Part shown: positions 58,768 to 64,000 of the stretch, one piece after another | How positions within the stretch are numbered: position 1 is the stretch's first letter | How the letters are laid out: every line of letters begins with the position of its first letter | Assembly (NCBI GenBank): GCA_024278935.1 | Contig: JAJRSF010000045.1 | Coordinates: 98 to 64,097 of the forward strand | Direction: 5' to 3' | Length of the DNA stretch: 64,000 nt | Origin: Candidatus Zixiibacteriota bacterium | GTDB taxonomy: Bacteria; Zixibacteria; MSB-5A5; GN15; FEB-12 | The notes under the pieces: model-generated | The model's database searches: none | Told to the model about the DNA's origin: nothing | Seen by the model: only the letters and a program-made list of their open reading frames with translations | Position numbers and translations under genes: made by a program

Positions 58768-59151
58768 TCAAGCAATCTCGTCCAAAAAATCCCCAATTAA
58801 ATCTTGGGTATCGGCTCGATTACCGTCGTTAGTATATAAATAGTCTAAAATATTGGGCTGTGATTCACCGGCACCACGCATCATTCCGCTACCACCACCG
58901 CCACCACGACCGGGTGGTTGTATAGCCGAAAATTCTGCTTTGCTAATTTGCCCGTTGCCGTCAGTATCGGCGGCTGTAAGATTCTCAAGCATCTTCGAGA
59001 ATTGCCCACCTTTCCCTTCGGCTGTTGATTGAATCTGCGAGAGGTCAATCTGACCATCGCCATCGGGGTCAAGTTTGGTGAACATACTTTCTTTTCTCTG
59101 AGCCATCATGTCGGTCGACATGTTCATACCGCCCTGAATTCCTGAGACCAT
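58768..59151 (-). CDS. EF-hand calcium-binding protein
   Basis: It has two canonical EF loops, DPDGDGQIDLSQ and DTDGNGQISKAEF. The start is set at ATG 59151 behind GGAAGGAG; the track ORF extends to 59274. Confidence 0.7.
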   Translation of the reverse strand: MVSGIQGGMNMSTDMMAQRKESMFTKLDPDGDGQIDLSQIQSTAEGKGGQFSKMLENLTAADTDGNGQISKAEFSAIQPPGRGGGGGSGMMRGAGESQPNILDYLYTNDGNRADTQDLIGDFLDEIA

Positions 59152-59263
59152 AAAAATCTCCTTCCTATTGGGAGCTTTAATTAATCCTATGTCGCTTATG
59201 CGGTGCGACCTATTCATTCTTTCGGCAACAATGGGATGGATAATAATTAAATGAGAGGATAAG

Positions 59264-59314
59264 ATTTGTATCAATTTGTATCAAAAAATGTGAGCACTTG
59301 TTTTACAATGTGAG
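59264..59314. promoter_or_regulatory. Direct-repeat cluster in a divergent promoter region
   Basis: ATTTGTATCA is a perfect tandem at 59264-59273 and 59274-59283. AATGTGAG occurs at 59287-59294 and 59307-59314 (20-bp period). Confidence 0.35.
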
Positions 59315-59451
59315 ATCGAATTGGCTCATTCAAAAAAATCAATTAGAGAATAAGTAATTGAATACAATATAAGTTGCAGTAAATAGTTTAATCTATTACT
59401 AATATAAGATAGTTATTCTAAATGTAAAAGAAACCAACAAAGAGGAGAGAG

Positions 59452-60174
59452 ATGACAATATTAGTAGTTGGGGCAAGCGGAGCAACCGGTCGTTTGCTAG
59501 TTGAGCAGTTACTAGACCGTGGACAAAATGTCAAAGTGATATTGCGAACACCCGAAAATTTCCCAGAACATCTTAGGAAACACAAAAATGTAACCGTTAT
59601 ACATGCGAGCATTCTTGATCTCAGTGACAATGAAATGATGCAACATGTTAAAGATTGCAATGCTGTCGCTTCCTGTTTGGGGCATAACTTGAGTTTTAAA
59701 GGCATCTATGGAAATCCTCGCAGACTGGTAACTGATGCTACCAAACGATTATGTAATGCTATTAAAGCAAATAATTCTGAGAGTTCAACCAAGTTTATTT
59801 TAATGAACACAACTGGTAATAGTAATCGTGATTTAGATGAAGAAATTTCGTTTGGGCAAAAATGTGTCATTGGAATTCTCAGATTATTACTACCTCCACA
59901 TGTAGATAATGAGATGGCTGCAGACTATTTGAGAACTGAAATTGGACAGGTCAACGATTTGATTGAGTGGACTGTAGTTCGTCCAGATGGTTTAATTGAC
60001 GAGGATAAGGTTACTGATTATGAAGTACATCGTTCACCTATAAGAAGTGCAATTTTTGATTCTGGTCAGACTAGTCGCATCAATGTTGGACACTTTATGG
60101 CTGATTTAATAATTGAAGATGAAACTTGGAACAAGTGGAAAGGGCAGATGCCAGTACTGTATAATAAAGAGTAG
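59452..60174 (+). CDS. NAD(P)H-binding atypical SDR (NmrA / flavin-reductase-like)
   Basis: 240 aa with ILVVGASGATGRLLVEQLLDRGQNV. It has no YxxxK catalytic motif in the classic position. Confidence 0.75.
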   Translation: MTILVVGASGATGRLLVEQLLDRGQNVKVILRTPENFPEHLRKHKNVTVIHASILDLSDNEMMQHVKDCNAVASCLGHNLSFKGIYGNPRRLVTDATKRLCNAIKANNSESSTKFILMNTTGNSNRDLDEEISFGQKCVIGILRLLLPPHVDNEMAADYLRTEIGQVNDLIEWTVVRPDGLIDEDKVTDYEVHRSPIRSAIFDSGQTSRINVGHFMADLIIEDETWNKWKGQMPVLYNKE

Positions 60175-60190
60175 CTGATGAACTTAAAAT

Positions 60191-60220
60191 AAAAAGGGTC
60201 GCCAAATGACGACCCTTTTT
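60191..60220. terminator. Bidirectional rho-independent terminator
   Basis: Hairpin GGGTCG-N8-CGACCC between AAAAA and TTTTT, between convergent genes. Confidence 0.75.
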
Positions 60221-60237
60221 AAGATTATAATAAATTA

Positions 60238-63200
60238 TTATTCGAGACTTCTTAAAGTGGTGCCATTGAAAACTTGTGGTACCGTTGTCATTGCCGGACC
60301 CTCAGGAACATTAAACGAAATAGTACCTGAACCACCGTAAGAAATTGACATTTCTCCACCACCAATACCTGCGTCGGTTCCAAAAACGACAACCGAAACA
60401 CATGCTGTACCAATATCAGACCCTAACGGATTCCCACCATCATCAAGACAGGTCACTCTTATCGAATGAGTACCCGGTGAGAGTTCGATATTAAAAGTGT
60501 TCGCAGCACCTTTTGGAGTAACACCAACATCGGCTCCGTTGATAGAGATTAAAAATACATCGTCGGCAGCGTTGCCACAATCAGAAACAGTTATCTGAAC
60601 ATTTTTGTCACAACATCCTGCGTCGCATTCGTCGATCTCACCATCTCTGTCATTGTCGATACCATCTTCACAGATTTCAACACCACCGCCTTCACCGGCA
60701 CCTGATTCGATATCATCAGGATCGATATTTTCATCGGCGACATTACCGGCATCTATATCGGCAGCATCTTCATCGCATTCATAGGCATTGTATGCTCCCA
60801 ACACTTCAGCGTACTGACCTTCGAGAGCTTCGCCCTGACTGACAACTCTTCCAAACTCCGCATCTACTATACCGATATTTATTGATGGGTCTGTTGCATA
60901 GGCGATGTTTAACTCAGCATAGATTCCCGGAAGAGAACTGAGGGCGAAATCGTAATAATCCAGTTGAGTACCCGCAGCACTAAGGGCGTACGATGCATCT
61001 GAATTACTACATACATCCTGTTGTTGTTCGCGGATCCGTTGGGCGATATAGTCGGCTTGTGTTTGAAAACTTCCGGCGATAGCATCAAGCTCAATTATCA
61101 TCATATTAAATTCAGCTAACAATGCATCAGCATCTACCCCAAGAGAATCGAGTTCATTTTCAATTTCATTTATAAGATCGTCAAGTTCATCTTCGGTATC
61201 GGATTGCATGTCGATAGCAATCGCTACGTTTGCGATTTCTGATGTTGGCATTACAGATGCAGAGCCACCAACAGACTCACCATCGGCGTTGACTGCTGAA
61301 GCAGAGATTGCAACTGATTGACCTTCCTCGTATTCGATAAGTCCGAGCGTGAAATTACCGCTGGCATCGGAAGTTGTAGATTGACCACCACCAGAAACTG
61401 CGGCACCGTTTATAGCATCACCATCACTGCTGGTCACAGTTCCGCTGATTGTGACTTCTAACATATCATGTTGTTCTACGTCAATAATAATTGGAGAAGC
61501 AGATGCTGACTCGCTGGTTGGCACTGCTTCCGCTTGTCCACCAACTGCTACACCATCAACAGCAGTGATAGATGCCGATATGATTACTGGTGTCCCAAGC
61601 AGATGCATAAATGGTGGAAGGGTATACATCCCGGAACCATCGGTAGTGGTTGCTCCACCGCCACCTGTGACTGCGGCACCTGGTAGAGGTTTACTGTTTA
61701 AATCTTTTACCATACCGGTGATAGTGACTTCCGTTTCTGTTTCCATTGCTAAAAGAATCGTTACAGAAATCGAAGTGTTGGAACCATCAAAAGTGCATGT
61801 TACCGGACCACCTGAATATACGTTGGCGCCGTCATCAAGAACAGCCGTGACTGCGACCGAAGAATCTTTATGCATAGAGATAGGTCCTATCGAAAATGCA
61901 CCACCGGTCGTAGTGGCAGACATGCCACCACCATTCACTACGGCACCACTAACACCTATGCCGTTGGCGTCGGTGACTTGCCCGCTGATAGTTACCATGT
62001 GAGGGATTAAAACAGGAATTGTCAAAGATACTGCACTCGGAGATTCTCCATCATAAGTCAAAGTCGCAGATGAACCACCAACTTGCGTGCCACCAACAAC
62101 TGTGACGGTCGGTGTAACCGTGACTGCAAAAGCTTCCTCCGGCCATGTTGCTGGAATTTCGATAGGTCCGATAGTTGCAGAACCATCACCACCTGTAGTG
62201 ACTGCGGCAGCATCGATGCTACTGCTTACCGTAGCAGCAGAAAGAGGGTTCCCGGCATCGTCGTGTACGAGTACATTGATGATCCAACTTTTCCCTTCGG
62301 TATCTTCCTCTTCTGCATCAGCTTTTTGCATCGTGATATCTAAACCTGTATGAGCTTCACCAACAACGGTAAACGATGCGGCACCTGCTGCATCTTCTTT
62401 TGATGCGGGACAAGTTACTTCTACACCTTCTAAAGTTTTCACTGTTAGCGTAAAAGAACCGTCACTACCTGAAGTGGTAGAACCTAACGAATATGATTCT
62501 GATGCCGATGCGGAAACTGTTGCCCCCGAAGCTGCAACGGCTGGATCGTTTTCATTTTCTTTAATAAACACAGTACCACTAATAACTACAGTCATGTCAT
62601 CTTTGTATAGCGTGTAGTTTTGACCAACAATTGCATTTTGCACAAAACGTCCATCTGCATTTATGGTTTTGAATCCTTCTTTGGAAACTTTATCCTGAAC
62701 AGCATCATTCAGTTTGCCTTCCATCACTATTTCATAAGCGCCGCTACCACTTGTAGTTTCAGAGTAAACTTTACCGTTTACGGTGAACTCAACAGTAGCA
62801 CCTTGAGATGGTTGTTCATTGTCACCTTCCATTTGAGTAACAGTACCTGCAATAAAAAGATGTTTTTCAAACTCTTCCATGATTTTATTAATTTTATCAT
62901 GATGCTTTTCCGCAATTATATAATTTCCGACAAATCCTTCTTCATCAAGAATCCCGTATGTGTACGCATCTTGATAGAGATTGAGTTTTTCAATAATTCT
63001 CCATCCCGAACTTGTTTTATTAGCCCAACCGGAAAAGAAAGTATACCATTTACGAGCTTTTTGTTCGACAGCAGGTTTGAGAGAATTGGCACGGCTTGCT
63101 AACCAGTCAGGGTAAAGAGCTTTTCCGTCGATAAGTTTTCCATGCCATTTATAAACCTTATCGGCATCACTTGGCGAGACAAAGTAACCACGGTTAGATG

Positions 63201-64000
63201 ATGGGTCGAATAAAAAATATGAATTATTTCCTTCATATGTTTCTCCTTTCATATGAGGAAAAATACCGGTCGGGAAAAAAGTAAGGCAGTCTTCATTGGC
63301 TTTTGATGCTGCCACAAATGCTTTTTGTAAATCTGTTTTATAGCCAAGTTGTCCGCAGAGAGAACCTCCGCGAGACTCTTCGATTTTTTTACCAAGTTTG
63401 TCAAGTGCGTGTGCAAAATCACCGGCAATCTCGCCGTAGGCACCAATCCATTTTCCTAAAATCTGACCGACTAAAGGAATCTTCTCCATCTTACTGGCAC
63501 CCTCGGTAAGAAATGTTCCAATCAAACGTAACCCGTATGTTGGATTATCTTTTGCGTTGGCAGGGTCAAACTTTTTAGTAAACTCCCAAATATTTTGAAC
63601 TTCACCGGCGACGCTATTAGCAAAATCTAATTTATCGGATGCACTTTGTAGCTTATCCATCAAACCGTTTTTGTCAAGAGTTCGAAACATCTCTTTAAGA
63701 CTTTCAACTTTCTTTTTGGCGAGATCTGTCTGTCCTTTATCTAACTTAAATAATTTGCGGGCAAATTCGATACCTTCTTCAGGGGAACCGCCAAAGATTG
63801 CATCGTGGTATTCTTTATAAATCTTTTTAAACTCATCAACTTTTTCTTTGCTCTGTTTCATTGTGTTGCGAACAGCTTCCCATTGATCTTCAGTCTGCTG
63901 TATAGCTTCATCATATTCCGATTGTGCAAGCACAGAGACAAGTGGAGTTGCTAAGAATAAACCGAGCAACAAAGCGGTCGACCAAAGTTTGATCGACTTA
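60238..64000 (-). CDS. Giant secreted protein (over 1250 aa, 5' end just outside the window) with CarboxypepD_reg-like repeats and a Cys-rich metal-binding-type motif
   Basis: The frame stays open to position 64000 (...KSIKLWSTALLLGLFLATPLVSVLAQSE is a signal peptide). It has an unknown ~380-aa N-terminal domain. At least five units of (I/V)SG.V.......G..V.GGG.S.TT...G.F.L follow, then CEDGIDNDRDGEIDEC. Confidence 0.75.
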   Translation of the reverse strand, partial: KSIKLWSTALLLGLFLATPLVSVLAQSEYDEAIQQTEDQWEAVRNTMKQSKEKVDEFKKIYKEYHDAIFGGSPEEGIEFARKLFKLDKGQTDLAKKKVESLKEMFRTLDKNGLMDKLQSASDKLDFANSVAGEVQNIWEFTKKFDPANAKDNPTYGLRLIGTFLTEGASKMEKIPLVGQILGKWIGAYGEIAGDFAHALDKLGKKIEESRGGSLCGQLGYKTDLQKAFVAASKANEDCLTFFPTGIFPHMKGETYEGNNSYFLFDPSSNRGYFVSPSDADKVYKWHGKLIDGKALYPDWLASRANSLKPAVEQKARKWYTFFSGWANKTSSGWRIIEKLNLYQDAYTYGILDEEGFVGNYIIAEKHHDKINKIMEEFEKHLFIAGTVTQMEGDNEQPSQGATVEFTVNGKVYSETTSGSGAYEIVMEGKLNDAVQDKVSKEGFKTINADGRFVQNAIVGQNYTLYKDDMTVVISGTVFIKENENDPAVAASGATVSASASESYSLGSTTSGSDGSFTLTVKTLEGVEVTCPASKEDAAGAASFTVVGEAHTGLDITMQKADAEEEDTEGKSWIINVLVHDDAGNPLSAATVSSSIDAAAVTTGGDGSATIGPIEIPATWPEEAFAVTVTPTVTVVGGTQVGGSSATLTYDGESPSAVSLTIPVLIPHMVTISGQVTDANGIGVSGAVVNGGGMSATTTGGAFSIGPISMHKDSSVAVTAVLDDGANVYSGGPVTCTFDGSNTSISVTILLAMETETEVTITGMVKDLNSKPLPGAAVTGGGGATTTDGSGMYTLPPFMHLLGTPVIISASITAVDGVAVGGQAEAVPTSESASASPIIIDVEQHDMLEVTISGTVTSSDGDAINGAAVSGGGQSTTSDASGNFTLGLIEYEEGQSVAISASAVNADGESVGGSASVMPTSEIANVAIAIDMQSDTEDELDDLINEIENELDSLGVDADALLAEFNMMIIELDAIAGSFQTQADYIAQRIREQQQDVCSNSDASYALSAAGTQLDYYDFALSSLPGIYAELNIAYATDPSINIGIVDAEFGRVVSQGEALEGQYAEVLGAYNAYECDEDAADIDAGNVADENIDPDDIESGAGEGGGVEICEDGIDNDRDGEIDECDAGCCDKNVQITVSDCGNAADDVFLISINGADVGVTPKGAANTFNIELSPGTHSIRVTCLDDGGNPLGSDIGTACVSVVVFGTDAGIGGGEMSISYGGSGTISFNVPEGPAMTTVPQVFNGTTLRSLE

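Noticed and set aside
53378-63972. Periodic DNA repeats in the two giant genes, considered as possible CRISPR or tandem-repeat arrays.
   Set aside because: The repeats are about 285 bp (PKD-like) or about 300-350 bp (beta-sandwich) coding modules. They are in frame and diverged, with no short identical repeats separated by unique spacers.

Overview
This is a low-GC bacterial chromosome segment with about 50 credible CDS and one tmRNA. I recognised no rRNA, tRNA or CRISPR. The gene content suggests an anaerobic, motile, diderm organism: a Rex repressor with its own operator, a rubrerythrin-like protein, FadL-, Wza- and TolC-type envelope genes, and three chemoreceptors with sigma-28-type promoters. 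The tmRNA tag GENNYALAA is of a type I associate with the FCB group, but lineage is inference only.

Layout:
- 0-9.8 kb: MORN lipoprotein, arsM, TPR protein, DUF899-like protein, rex, alr, ferritin-like protein, an unknown 374-aa protein, yggS.
- 10.1-11.2 kb: divIVA.
- 11.2-18.8 kb: envelope polysaccharide genes. These are two Cys-rich secreted paralogs, a Wzi-like OMP, a priming sugar transferase, a Lys-less aminotransferase homolog and a Wza/SLBB exporter.
- 19.4-22.2 kb: FadL-like OMP plus a Ser-less esterase-like lipoprotein.
- 22.3-25.3 kb: stop-interrupted PIG-L deacetylase, a methyltransferase, and an NfeD-SPFH pair.
- 25.3-32.1 kb: tandem array of three MCP genes, one of them stop-interrupted.
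- 32.4-38.4 kb: MEMO-AMMECR1 fusion followed by an SDR / membrane protein / class V aminotransferase / SDR operon, then a thioesterase and DoxX.
- 38.8-39.2 kb: ssrA.
- 39.1-53.2 kb: composite genomic island in the ssrA 3' end.
- 53.4-64 kb: a 10-repeat PKD-like lipoprotein, PAP2, an orphan OmpR-type wHTH protein, an EF-hand protein, an NmrA-like SDR and a giant secreted protein.

Main hunt results:
1. A roughly 14-kb island is bounded by a 23-bp direct repeat of the tmRNA 3' end. It has an integrase stub and an internal decayed att copy. Its cargo is a metal-uptake operon without an ATPase and a decaying RND efflux operon.
2. Four recognisable genes are interrupted by a single in-frame TAA, and two more by frameshifts.
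3. Two envelope operons carry enzyme homologs that lack their catalytic residue.
4. Two Cys-rich secreted paralogs of unknown function are co-oriented with the polysaccharide genes.
5. The chemoreceptor array is mosaic, with all three genes behind TAAA-N14/15-G(C/T)CGAT(A/T)(A/T/G) promoters.

I found no recognisable defence, toxin or secretion system. Everything functional here is inferred from motifs read by eye, with no database searches.
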